Source of the DNA: Schmidtea polychroa
Lineage: Eukaryota
Reading direction: 5' to 3'
Assembly (NCBI GenBank): GCA_044892525.1
Contig: CM097885.1
Location: forward strand, 76,198,001-76,262,000
DNA: 64,000 nt
Shown here: one piece after another, positions 12,301 through 24,110 of the stretch
How positions within the stretch are numbered: position 1 is the stretch's first letter
Layout: each line of letters opens with the position of its first letter
The notes under the pieces: generated by a model
Seen by the model: the letters and a program-made list of their open reading frames with translations, nothing else
Databases searched by the model: none
What the model was told of the DNA's origin: nothing
Program-made: the position numbers and the translations under genes

Positions 12301-12959
12301 TTGTCCATCATATTTCTATTGCAACGGCACTAACACGGTAGTTTACTTCAATTACACTGTGTTTACTTCTGTGTAAGTTCTGATATCATCATCTTATTAT
12401 GATAACCCAAAATCTTTGTGCTTTATTAAGGGCTATGCTTTCTTTAGTTTGTTCGTGTGCACTACTAATAGTTGTAAATGGGTGTTGAATGTAGGTACCT
12501 AATTATATATATGTATTATATTTGTATTTGTAAATGTGTGTGTGCGTGTGTGTATGTTAGAGAGATTTGATGAGCCCAGCCGAGTCACCAGTAAATAAAC
12601 TGTCTCGGGACAGCTGGGGTGAATGTATGTATTGTATGTCACAAGAAAAAATTAATAATAATAAATGGACTAATAAAATATAACCAATTAACAATATTTT
12701 ACAAATTTATTAACGATAATTAATAAAGACCTTAATAATCAAAGTCATGGTTATTACGATTGCCAATCGATGTTAAAACTCGAGTTTGATTCGGGCTTGT
12801 TTTTCAAAATTCTTCGTTTTATGTGGCGAGACTTTGATAAATCTTCGAAAAATTAGGGAGAGTTTCCAGACAATAAAATCGCCAAATAGAGAATCTTTAG
12901 ATAATGTTAGATTGGATATTTGTATAGCGATAATTTTTATCAATAATAATAAGTTGATC

Positions 12960-13200
12960 ACAGAAGTGATCTTATTTCATCGATCCCCTTAGATATGAGA
13001 TAATGAGATTCAGCCAGATAAAGGAACGTTCATAATTGACTATTGATACTGCAATTGTTAAAAGAATTTGCTGAGCAATGTGTAAATTTTAACAGATATC
13101 ATCATTATAAGATTCTTTGAAAGAAATAAGATCAAAAGACATCGATGGTAAAGCATCATGATCTTTAGTAGTAATTAGCATTTTGCGTTCGTAAATTCCA
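12960..13200 (-). pseudogene. hAT transposase dimerization-domain relic (Tip100/ZMYM1-like)
   Basis: The minus strand reads HIAQQILLTIAVSIVNYERSFIWLNLIISYLRGSMK, matching the hAT consensus LLTIPVSxASxERSFSxLKLIKxYLRSTM. Stops flank it. Confidence 0.65.
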
Positions 13201-14020
13201 TTGAATATCATTGTAATAGAAATTAATATGTTTCTGAGGCACATTGAGACACACACTTTTAGCTAAGCCGGTATTTTAATATTTCATGCTAAATCTATTT
13301 TTCCTTGAAATATTCAATTTGATCTTCCACATTTGTATATAATAAATCTCAAAAATTTCTCTTTTGGTTTTGGATTTACCATTTTATTCTTGGCGGCAAA
13401 ATAAGTGTAAAATATAAAACAATAACATTATTGATTGCTCAATAGGAATGTATCATGAGACACAATTTTATATTGTCACTTTTAATACAATATTAACCTT
13501 AAAAATAATTCATACACTTAAAAAACCATAATATTATTGTTGTTTCTTCCAAATTTGCAACTCTTAAAAATATAATTATTATCGTGCACTCTTTAAAAAA
13601 TTGAGTATATTATCGTCTCTCTAGGAGTAATGCTACAACTATCTCTATGAGTTTCCCTATTAACAACTACGAATTAATAATGTTTATTTTTTTTACCATA
13701 CAAATTCAAATAAATTCTCATTGAAAACCTTTCTATTAATCCAATTGATAGTTGATCTTTTGAGTTTTGCTTTAACTTATCTCTTTTGTAATCGCCTATG
13801 ACAATTTCTCAACCACAGTGTATAGAGCGATCAAGAATAGCAAATCTTAATACAATCAATCGTTCTCATATACTGCGAGTTCTGGTCGATCATCATAGTT
13901 TTTTCTGTCTAACTTGATTTAATACCATAATTCCCTTTGATCCTTTATATGGCAAAATATTAATTTTGTTTTCTAAATGTCTTTTATTATCTACATAAAA
14001 AATTTTAATTAAGAAATTTG

Positions 14021-15181
14021 GGCTATAGTAAACTTCTCTTGGGGGTATATAAATAAATTAATAATTAAATAAATAATTAAATAATAATACAATAATAATT
14101 CAATAATAAACCGACCAAAACTATATATTAATAAAAAAAATAATTTTTCTGTACAAAAAAAATCATTTACAAAAGTTTGCATAAATAAAACTCATAATTT
14201 AATTTTTAATGGAATTCGCTAATATCATTAATAAACTGTAAAAATGCTTCATCAATAATCCCAGTATACCCTTTTCTCCAGATGAATTCATCAATATAAC
14301 TTGGTATAAAAATTAGAAGCGTGCCAAGCATTTTTAAAAAATTTTTTTACAGACGTTTCAATAATCTTCGATGTTATTCGTATGAACTCCTGTTGATGAG
14401 TCTTTGTAGTAAAATGAATGATTGACATATTGATGAGTATATAGGCTAAGTAATGATAAGGGAGTTCTCTCCGTTAGAATTTGACCCTCTAGTATACACC
14501 GAATATTCATCGGTCCAAATCACTAAATTAGGTAATATAAGAGAACTAATAACGAGAGACAAAGTTTGTTGTTTTCTGTTTCTTACCAACTGCATATCAA
14601 TATTTTTTATTTCGGTATCGTAAAGATTTTTAGAAGCTTAACCTCGATTATGCTTCAACCTTAAAAATTTTAATTCATCAAGTTGAACTATTTGGTTTGT
14701 TCCGCCAAAAGTTATTGGATTTCTGAGTAATCTTCTTTAACAAACATCTCTAAAATATTGGAAAAATTGGACTACGGTAAGTTTAGAAAATTTTGTAAAA
14801 GAACAAGTAGAATTTACAGCATCATGACACCAGAAATACATTAACAAAAGAATTTTTTAATTGGTATGCTCGAATTTTCAAAAAATGAATTAACTAACAA
14901 TCCTTTATTTACTTTATGTGGGTTCGCAGCAGCTCTTTTTGACATACCCATAAATATCTGTTTAACGTATCCATCGTACGTTCAAGCCGCATGTTTTCTC
15001 CACATCTTTCACAAGTTAAGTTTCTTCTGATTAAATTCTTTGAAAAAAACCATTCTACTATCAAATCATCTGTTATTATTTCTGAAATTTTTAAAATACC
15101 CATTAACTAATATTTTTTTTTATCAATATATTTAAATATTTATTTATTTACTTATGTACCCCCGAGAAGTTTACTATAGCC
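14021..15181 (-). mobile_element. Merlin (IS1016/IS1595-like) DNA transposon with decayed transposase
   Basis: TIRs GGCTATAGTAAACTTCTC(T)TGGGGGTA / TACCCCCGAGAAGTTTACTATAGCC. A perfect 8-bp TSD GAAATTTG lies at 14013-14020 and 15182-15189. Minus-strand fragments read CERCGENMRL...YLWVC, FGGTNQIVQLDE, HQYVNHS...TGVHTNNIE and IDEFIWR. Confidence 0.92.
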
Positions 15182-15256
15182 GAAATTTGTATTTTGAATT
15201 TATCTTATTATTTGTCAAATAAATAGTTAAACATACATGGCAATTAATTTAATTAT

Positions 15257-15781
15257 AAGATAACGCCAATCAAACATTCTTTTCACGATATATTTCGACA
15301 GTTTTCCTGTCATCATCAGGTGGGATATAATAACTATACAAATTAAGGATTTTAAATAAATTTATTAATTATATATTAAAAAAAATTATATTTAATAAAA
15401 ACATTTAATTATTTTTAAAAAGTTATAATTAAATTAATATATTATTTTTAAAAATTTTAGCATTCAAAATTTAATTTAATAATTCAAACATTTTATTTAT
15501 TATTTAATTTAATACAGCAATCAATACATACAATATACAAAAAAATTATTTAAAAACACTCAAAACACAAGTATTTACTGCATTCTGCACATTAATTTTC
15601 GGATTCAATGACTTTATCAACAACGCCTCAAAAAATAATTAAATGTTTTTATTAAATAAAAAAATTTTTTAGATATAATTAATAAATTTGTTTAAAATCC
15701 TTAATTTGTATAGTTATTAAATCCCACCTGATGATGACAGGAAAACTGTCGTGAAAAGAATGTTTGATTGGCGTATATCTT
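15257..15781 (-). mobile_element. Penelope-like retroelement remnant with inverted pseudo-LTR arms
   Basis: Inverted arms of about 165 bp (15257-15420 versus 15630-15781). The centre reads FEALLIKSLNPKINVQ on the minus strand, typical of the end of a PLE GIY-YIG domain. The arms carry a hammerhead motif. Confidence 0.7.
15284..15322 (-). ncRNA. Minimal type-I hammerhead ribozyme (PLE-type)
   Basis: The minus strand reads CAC CTGATGA T GACAG-gaaaa-CTGTC GAA ATATAT C GTG. Stem I is CAC/GTG, stem II is 5 bp, stem III is the palindrome ATATAT, and the cleavage triplet is AUC. Confidence 0.75.
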
Positions 15782-17091
15782 ATTTGTCAAATACTAGTTT
15801 TTTCAATTGGCATTGGTTTCCTGCATCCTGCCGAAAATTATATGAATTTTTACATTAGCAATTCAATCAATTAGTTTTAATTTATTAGCGAATTTCCTAC
15901 AATAAATCGACAATGTTTATAATTTATAGATGGACAATTTTTGTGGATATGCTATTTCACAAAAAATAACAAACAGTCAAAACATTTTGTGCATTATAAG
16001 CTACGTTGCGTTCTATAAAAACAGCGTATAATTAAACAAAACAATCAATAATTTATACGCAACAACTTATCTTTGCGTTGATCATTCATTAATATCAACC
16101 AAGTTAAAGAATTCAAAATAAAGTCAAATACGCAAGCACATTACACGAAATTCCCATAATAAAACATGCAAACAGTCGTAAAAATGAATCTGCTGCAGGA
16201 AATATATTCACTTAAAAAATTTTTTTTATGTAAATTCGGAAAGCATTCCACACGCCACTGCACGCATTCTTTTCATGGAAGAAAAGAAAGAAAATCAGAA
16301 TTTATAGTGGTTTAAAGTAGCTATGCTTAATCTTTATCATTACATTCACATATTAGAGATAGAAAACATTTTTGTGGTCCTGCAAAAAATGTGAAGATAA
16401 AGATTGATATTTAGTAATTTTAACTTAAAGGATTTACTAAAATGGCGCATCATATAGATTCTTTAAAACACTGTAATTAATAATTCTGTTGCTGCTTCCC
16501 AGCGACAAGTTGATCGAATCGCGAAATTTTTGTGCTGACAGCCATTGATATCATTTTGTGAATTGAGCATATTATGTTTGGTTCTATTAACACCATTGCC
16601 GAGAAACCATATTTTCTGAAGCATATTGTATCAAAGGATAATAACACACTAGTTATTATTTGATAAGTTCAACCTTTTTTTTAAAACCCAATCTTGATTA
16701 TATGATTACTACGAAACTCAAGAAAGGATTCCTTCGCAGCGTTCTTATTATCCATATTTTGAGTGTGGCGTCAAAGGGCTCTTTTATCTAATGTCTTGTT
16801 ATTTTCAGCCCTCCTACTGAGATGAAATTCTTTCTTTGAAATCAACTAGCATTTCGCTAGGCAACATGATGTTGAATCCTTTTCTTTGCAGTTTCAGACT
16901 TGAGGAATTGACGATTAAAAAATTAGCAATATATTACAATATTTGAAAAACTTCATTCTCAAAGTACCCAGTTAGTTAATTTATCTGATCTCGAATAAAG
17001 CAAACTCTGCATAAAGTTCGAACCCTCGTGATATTACTCAACCTCAGGACAACCCTCCGATAGTTGAAGACCGTATGATCTTTTCTATTTC

Positions 17092-17095
<4 letters not shown>

Positions 17096-17139
<44 letters not shown>
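17096..17139. repeat. (TA)n microsatellite
   Basis: Read directly from the sequence. Confidence 0.95.
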
Positions 17140-17141
<2 letters not shown>

Positions 17142-17224
17142 CTTTTTTACAAAATTTCTGTCAACTTTTTTTGACTTTGAATAGCATTCATAATTCATTG
17201 TTCAATGTTTTCATTCAATATTTT

Positions 17225-17390
17225 GTGGTAATGTTTTAATTCAAGAGGATATCTATGAAGACCACAATGAGTGTTCAAGAGATGTTTTTCTTCAAATCCT
17301 GGCCTGTTTCTAAGCATAGCAGTGTCTATGTCATTGCATGCACACCCAATCAAATTTTTTTCTAGTTCTTCTTTGATAAAGAAATGGTTA
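17225..17390 (-). pseudogene. hAT transposase internal fragment
   Basis: The minus strand reads EKNLIGCACNDIDTAMLRNRPGFEEKHLLNTHCGLHRYPL, resembling the hAT LIGxxxDxAxxM...HCxxH motif. Confidence 0.55.
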
Positions 17391-17551
17391 CCTTATTAAC
17401 TCTTAAAAGACTAGAAAAAAATAACAATTAAGACCGGTAGTGTCCAATTGATACTTATATGAATAACAGTAGGAAAATTTTTTCGTTTAAGCTTTTTTAA
17501 ATTTTTGATTTTATTTCTTTTTATTTAAATTATTACGTTATACTTTTAGTA

Positions 17552-17853
17552 CGATTTTTTTAATGTCTATAGATGATACGTAAACACATTTACAGGGTTA
17601 TTCCCTATTATAAAGCGACTTCATAATTATAAATCATTTATTCAATATTCTAAATCTTTTATTCAAAATTATAAATTAATTATTCAAAATTATAAATTAA
17701 TTATTCTAAATTCTAAATTAATTATTCAAAATTATAAATTAATCATTCCAAATTATAAATTAATCAAAATAAAATCAATTATTCTTATTATTTATTCTAA
17801 AAAATTAATTTTACGATTTTTTAATGTCTATAGATGATACGTAAACACATTTA
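17552..17853. repeat. Tandem duplication of the left end and flank of the second Tc1-like element, containing 21-bp TTATTCAAAATTATAAATTAA repeats
   Basis: ACGATTTTTTAATGTCTATAGATGATACGTAAACACATTTACAGGGTTATTCCCTATTATAAAGCGA occurs at about 17551 and 17813. Confidence 0.8.
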
Positions 17854-18966
17854 CAGGGTTATTCCCTATTATAAAGCGAATATTCATAATTATAAATCAT
17901 TTATTCAAAATTATAAATTAATTATTCCAAATTATAAATTAATTATTCAAAATTATAAATTAATTATTCCAAATTATAAATTAATCAAAATAAAATAAAT
18001 TATTCTTATTATTTATTCTAAAAATTAATTTTGTCCCAGAAGAAACATAAGAAAGCTACGACGACAGTGTATAACTTTAATGTATTAATAGGAAACAAAT
18101 AACCACATAATCATGTCACAGATTGCATTGTAACACGCCGAGACGCAAGCAGTAGGTAAAAAACCCTTCGAGATTTGTCTTTTTTCAAGGATAATATTTA
18201 AAAAAGTATTAAAGTTAATTAAATATATTTATAAAAAAAATATTAAACACCAACATATTTAATAAAAAAACATCAAAATGTTAAAAGAATTCCACGTTGT
18301 ATGCAAAAACAAGGTATTCCAGCATTCTCTCATAATACCAACCATATACATGTATTATAGACGGATCCACATTCATTTCAGCAATAACCCTGGCTACATT
18401 CTCCTTTATCATTACAGATGTCGTTGGTTCGAGTCTAATTGCTGAATATCTGCTCTTAATTGTTGAAAATATGTTTTCAATTGGATTTAGATTCGGACTA
18501 TAAGGGGGTAAATATTTTATGATAATACTTTTTTCTACGCAAAAATCTTTTACAATATCACTATGGCGAAATCTTACATTATCTATAACTAATATATTAT
18601 TTGTTGTATATTATAAGCTTCATTTAAAAATTACAAAAGTTTCTCAGCATTATATGCACCATCGATCAATTTAAAATGGTTTATCTTTTCAACGCAAATA
18701 ATGGCAAGTAGAGATACATTTCTGCCTCGGTTAGCTCGGTTAGGATTGGACTCGTTCATCATGAATTTTAAATCGTTTCTTTTTATTATTTTTAAAATGA
18801 TCCAAAACAATAAATTAATTCTAAAATCATTTTGATTAATTTATAATTTAGAATAATTAATTTATAATTTTGAATAATTACTTTATAATTTTATATAAAT
18901 GATTTAGAATATTGAATAAATGATTTATAATTATGAATAGTCGCTTTATAATAGGGAATAACCCTG
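17854..18966 (-). mobile_element. Second Tc1/IS630-like element, internally deleted and decayed
   Basis: TA|CAGGGTTATTCCCTATTATAAAGCG ... CGCTTTATAATAGGGAATAACCCTG|TA long TIRs. The minus strand reads NVSLLAII...DGAYNAE, LDNVRFRH and YLPPYSPNLNPIENIFS. Confidence 0.85.
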
Positions 18967-19299
18967 TAAATTTTAAAATGTGTCAGATAGACACTTCCGG
19001 TTCCCCAAGGATTAAAAATATCTATTGCTTTAACTGTAGTTTTAACTGATTTAAGGAATAAAAACTATTCATCCAACTCAACCCCTTTGATATAAAGGAT
19101 AAATATTTAATTGAATATATTAGTTGACCTTTTGCGTTAAATATTCACTTTGATAGCACTGTCTGAATGGTCTACTCCAGTATATCTTGACTTATGTCAC
19201 TGATTCTATCACAAATTATATAGTTAGACAACGAAACCTGATGCAACTTTATCTGAGCTTCAATTTCAAATATTTACTTTATCATTTACATAAAAGAAC

Positions 19300-19930
19300 A
19301 AAAAATAATAAATCTTGGCGTAAAACAATGAAAATCAATGATTAAATGCCAAATCAAATTCACGAACAAGGTTTAGCTAGTTATTCTTCCTTATAAGGCT
19401 TCTTTGATTTGGGAACTTGAAAAACCAATCTCTTCAAATCCTAAATAGGGCAGTGTACTACTATGATCAAATCGAGATATATTTTGCTGAAAATTCTGAA
19501 ATCCATACCAGGTTCTGAACTATCTGCTAATATTTGAAGTGTTCATTAAAATTGACAGATTCTAAAATTGTAGTATAAAAATTAACATTTCTTACTGGAA
19601 GAACTAAGGGCGTCATGCACTATCTCTGTTCATAGCGTTTTAAAGATAAAATTCAAGTCTCTTTTCTCCAACTATAAGAAGTGTGTGCACCACATGTTAA
19701 GAACTATAGTTTGGAAATTTAAAACTTTTTTATATAATTATTTAATAAATAAGGGAAAGCATGATTTAAAATGTCAAAAATTTTGAAAAACAGAAATTAC
19801 TCATTTTTGAATAATTATAGTACCAACACTAATATGGTCTTTAGTGAGTAAAATACTGCAAATATATTAATAAAACTCCAATTACCTCTCCAATTCTCCA
19901 AGTTTCGGGTTACCTTTTCCTCACCCACAC
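19300..19930 (-). pseudogene. Possible highly decayed non-LTR retrotransposon RT fragment
   Basis: Only EKVPETWRIGEVI resembles the LINE pre-RT motif (VPxxWKxxxV). The rest contains many stops. Confidence 0.2.
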
Positions 19931-22189
19931 TTTTAACGTTTAAATTGAAACAAATATAATATTTATTGACTCAAATCAAAATCTACTGGTATGATATTTC
20001 CTACGTTATATATATCTTCCCACTTCATATATATCTTCTAATGTGTTAAAATAATTAATTTAAACGAAATATTACTTAAGCTAGATAACCCGGTAAATTA
20101 AATGTTTATATTTTAAATGGATTTTATTACATATTTACCGAGTTTCGTAAAATAAAAAAAAACCAATTTATCTGAAATCCGTTATAGATGTTTTAGTGTA
20201 ATCATTTTTCTTTAGGAGTAAGTATAGTGCCAGCACCCTAATACGGTTTTTATTGAGTAAAACAGTGTGTAAATAAATTAAACTTTCATTGCGTGCCCAA
20301 CACTTAACAAGTGTTGTCATTTGTCATTTCGAGTGAAAATTATTGAATAAACAATATGGCAATTGTGTATCACACATAATGCAAAAGAATTTCGTCTTAG
20401 TCAATAGTGTACTGAGCTTTTTTTATCCTTTTTGTGACTTAATACTTACATCAAAGGACATGGTAATTTTAAAATTTAGACCAAAGGGTCAAATTTTCGA
20501 TCTAAGGGCCAAAATTACAGGACCAGCTCGACTAAGACTCGTATATGATAAGTTCGCGGTGTAAAAAGAGTCGTTTAAAGGTCAACGTTTAAGGATGAGG
20601 TTGACTTACGGTTATTCAAAAGTTATTTAGGGTCTTAAAAATTTTTTCAAAAGTAATAATATTAATAATAATAAATTAATTAGTATTTCTAAAATTTGAC
20701 ACAGCATGAAAATTATAGATCGAATCATCATTGATATTATTAGTTCCAATGGTGATTTCAATTGTTTCCTCATAATTAATTTCATCACAAGAATTTGTTT
20801 CATAGATAAATAAATTTTTAAATAAGTAAAAAATCAGATAAAATTTAACATTTATTCGACCAATTGAAATGGTTATAAAATATTTAATATATCAAATTTA
20901 AAGTAACTTTATAGAAAGTTATTTAAATTAATATTTTAAAGCAAATTGAAATTACCATAAGTTAAAATTTACCATTAGCAGCTATCATTTCCACGTCACA
21001 TATACCTTTTCTGTATACCCTAACAAATTCAATAATTTTCAAATATATTTTTCGTAATTTATAACAACAAAATGCATGATATAACAATAAAATTTATTTA
21101 CTTCATATTGAGTAAATAAATAAAAATGTCTACACATAAGTGAATAAAATGTTAATAGCGTGTCTTATTCTTTACTTATGTTTTCACAAAGCGATGAATT
21201 CTGTTGAAATAAGGAATGCATAAATATGGTTTATTGAAGCAATCATCCTTAAATGTCGTCACCTTCTTTATAGTTTCCGCGTAATGTGACTTTTAAATTT
21301 TTTTACAGGTTCTTAATAGTAGGAATTGCAACAATAGATAGTTGCTAGACTTCCACTTCATATAGTTCTTTTAGAAGGTTGAGTGTCAGACACTTAATTT
21401 TTTAACATTATGTGCATTACATAAATATCTAAACAATTTTTTCTATATTTTAAAATTGAAATTGACTTATGGTTACTTGCATTATAGAAACCCAAGTATT
21501 TACAACTACTGTTTTTAGTAGAAGTTCCAAAGCTAATTTTCGGTACCATTCTAAGGTTTTTCTTAGCAGTTATTTGGTCGGATATGTCAATGGGAGATTA
21601 ATTATCATTATAGTTCGTAATTAGAGCAGGTTTTATGCATTATCCTATTTTTATTCTTATATTCACAGTGTATGGGATGCCATACGCCAAAACATCGCAC
21701 TTGCTCTCCATTTCATTAAAATAATTCTGGTTCTATGCTCTTTGGCAAAAATATATCCTCGTTATAATCTTTTCTCAATGACTTTTTGAGACCGTGGCGA
21801 TTTGAGCCTATTTTTATTGACTAATTGTTGTGCCAAATCTAAGCTGTTATACCAGTTATCAACGTATATAGTGCGCACTTTTTCTAATATATATTTAGAA
21901 AATATATTTACAAAGCATCAATTTAGTTTTTTATCGTTGAATTTTCACTCTTATTTTTTGTTTTACAGCTCCAGAATTGTAGGAATGTTTCATTCGTCCA
22001 GATTATAATCAATTCATAATTTTAAAAAAATGCAATTATTACAACTGTTTATCAAAACTAATACATATTAAAAATTATAAAAGTAATGAAATCATCAAAC
22101 AAAAATATTTAATGCTTAACTAATGGCCTTTTGTGGTCTGTTAATAAAAATTTGGATTATATTTTACACAACATTTCATTGTTTTTAAC

Positions 22190-22546
22190 CAGTGCATGCC
22201 AAACCTTTTTCGTTTGCGGCACACTAAGAAACAAATATCGGAGAAATTAAATATAACTTATCAATATAAGCAAAAATATACAAATTCTTTAGTGTAGTAA
22301 TAACAAAGATCCCCTTATATTATTTTATTGAGATATAATGCACATATATAGAAACTAGGATCTCGCAAACGACCAATTTGTATATTCACCTTCAAATACA
22401 AAGACGTCCACACGTACTTTGATTTATACTTGGTAGTTTTCCTAATTTTATGTTTGCCTGTTAATTTTTTCAACTGTAGATTAAAATTATCCTAAATATT
22501 TCACGACATACCTGGGATTTTTCACGGCACAGTTTGGCAGACACTG
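22190..22546. mobile_element. hAT-type MITE
   Basis: Imperfect TIRs CAGTGCATGCCAAAC / GTTTGGCAGACACTG with GCGGCAC and CGGCAC subterminal motifs. The TSD is not clean. Confidence 0.5.
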
Positions 22547-23229
22547 CCTTAACCTAACTAGTTTAATTCAATTATAAATTTCAAAGAAAAACTTCTTCGA
22601 AATCTTTTATTTAGAAATTAAAATACATTTTCAATTCAATTCAGCTCAATTCATAACAGTTTAACTTCTGTCGACTTCACAATTTTGAACAACAAAAATT
22701 TTATCAAAATTTATAAAAATTTAATTAAACCTCTTAAATTAAATCTCTTAAAGTCGCTCTGTCAGATTCCATAGCTAAGTCCCATTTATTTATCCAAGCT
22801 GATTGTATTTAGGCCAAAGTCTAAAATATGAATCTCTAAATGAGCAACTAAAATTTTTGAATAAAATAATTTCTATGACATGTCATTGATTTTATTGTAA
22901 CTATTGTAATTAGTTTACCCTCATCAAAATCATCACATCATTTTTAATAAATTTATTGTTATCGGGGGCGACCGGAGACCGGTGCAAACGCACAAGACCT
23001 CGCGTCGTTCCCATTTATAAATCAAATACTATTAATAAATTATTTTTATCATTTGTTTTTGAAAACAATCATAAAAAAATAAAAATATGTGTCATAATTA
23101 TTAAGTTTTTTGTTTGAAATGTTAATTTTATTTTTCTTAATATTAATGTTTTATTTACACGTAATTTAATTTAAACGTAATAAATAACAAATTGCAATAA
23201 ATTATTATTTCTTGTATGGGGTTTCGTTC

Positions 23230-24110
23230 AAGGCTTCTATATATTATTTTCATTCTTTCATTTATTGTATTGCTTTTTTTTCTTACTTCAATCAGATTTT
23301 AAATTATATAATTTACCATGCCTTGACTCATTATTGATTCGAGGTAACAGTTTTGTTTATTTATTGAAAAATTAAAATCCATAACTTTTATTTCACGCCT
23401 AATCGAAATGAAATTCCTTCTAGTAATTATTTTCAAAATAATCTTTAAACTTTACTCAAAATTCAATAGACCTTCATCCTTATTATTTGTTTCTAAATTA
23501 ATTGAGTCAATAAATTATGCCACTACAGGAGAATTACCAGCCGGGTCTAAAACTGGTGAATCATCTGTTCATGATCCAAAAGTAGCACGAGAATAAGAAG
23601 TCATAGCAAAATTTAGTTTGACTATTAAAAATGTTAAATGTTGTTTTGTGACAATAACCAGAGCATTGAAAACTACACAAAAAGATAAAAACTTTGGTTC
23701 TATGTATCCATTTTCAAAATGAGACAATTTAATAATTCTTATTTTAAGGTCTTGATTTAAAATTCGCATTAAATCTGTCATTGGAATTTCAGTCGCATGT
23801 CCAATTAATTTAAATAATTCGTTTCTATTGTAGATGGGTTTTGCTATTTATTTATTATTCCTTTCGGACAACTAACTTTCTTCACTCATTTATTTTCGCT
23901 ATGAATTCTTCAACTTCATTTCGACAACGAGAATATTTTGTCTTTCCTACTACTACTACTATTATTTTAGCAGTGATTTTAATTCGAAATCCGATAATTG
24001 GCTATTCCAAGAGTCTTTTCATTATGTGATGGATAATATTTTCCGGCAATTCATTTACAAGATACAAATCTGCTATGAATCTTGCATTGCCGAATAATTT
24101 ATCTTGAGCT
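23230..24110 (-). pseudogene. Divergent edge copy or progenitor of the satellite monomer; eIF4G-like MIF4G-domain pseudogene
   Basis: The minus strand reads KAQDKLFGNARFIADLYLVNELPENIIHHIMKRLLE*...AKIIVVVVGK. A longer N-terminal half (DLKIRIIKLSHFENGY...) contains sequence that is absent from the array monomers. Confidence 0.6.

Noticed and set aside
9768-12341. Long ORFs of 207-850 aa (PHSVLCPDA, MLHILSYAL and HRTECGASG repeats)
   Set aside because: They result from a stop-free 27-bp period. They have no unique domains and switch frame at a 1-nt deletion.
16430-17080. Coding-like decayed sequence (also 21150-22000 and 2900-3400)
   Set aside because: Probably old TE debris, but I could not identify a diagnostic motif, so no family is assigned.
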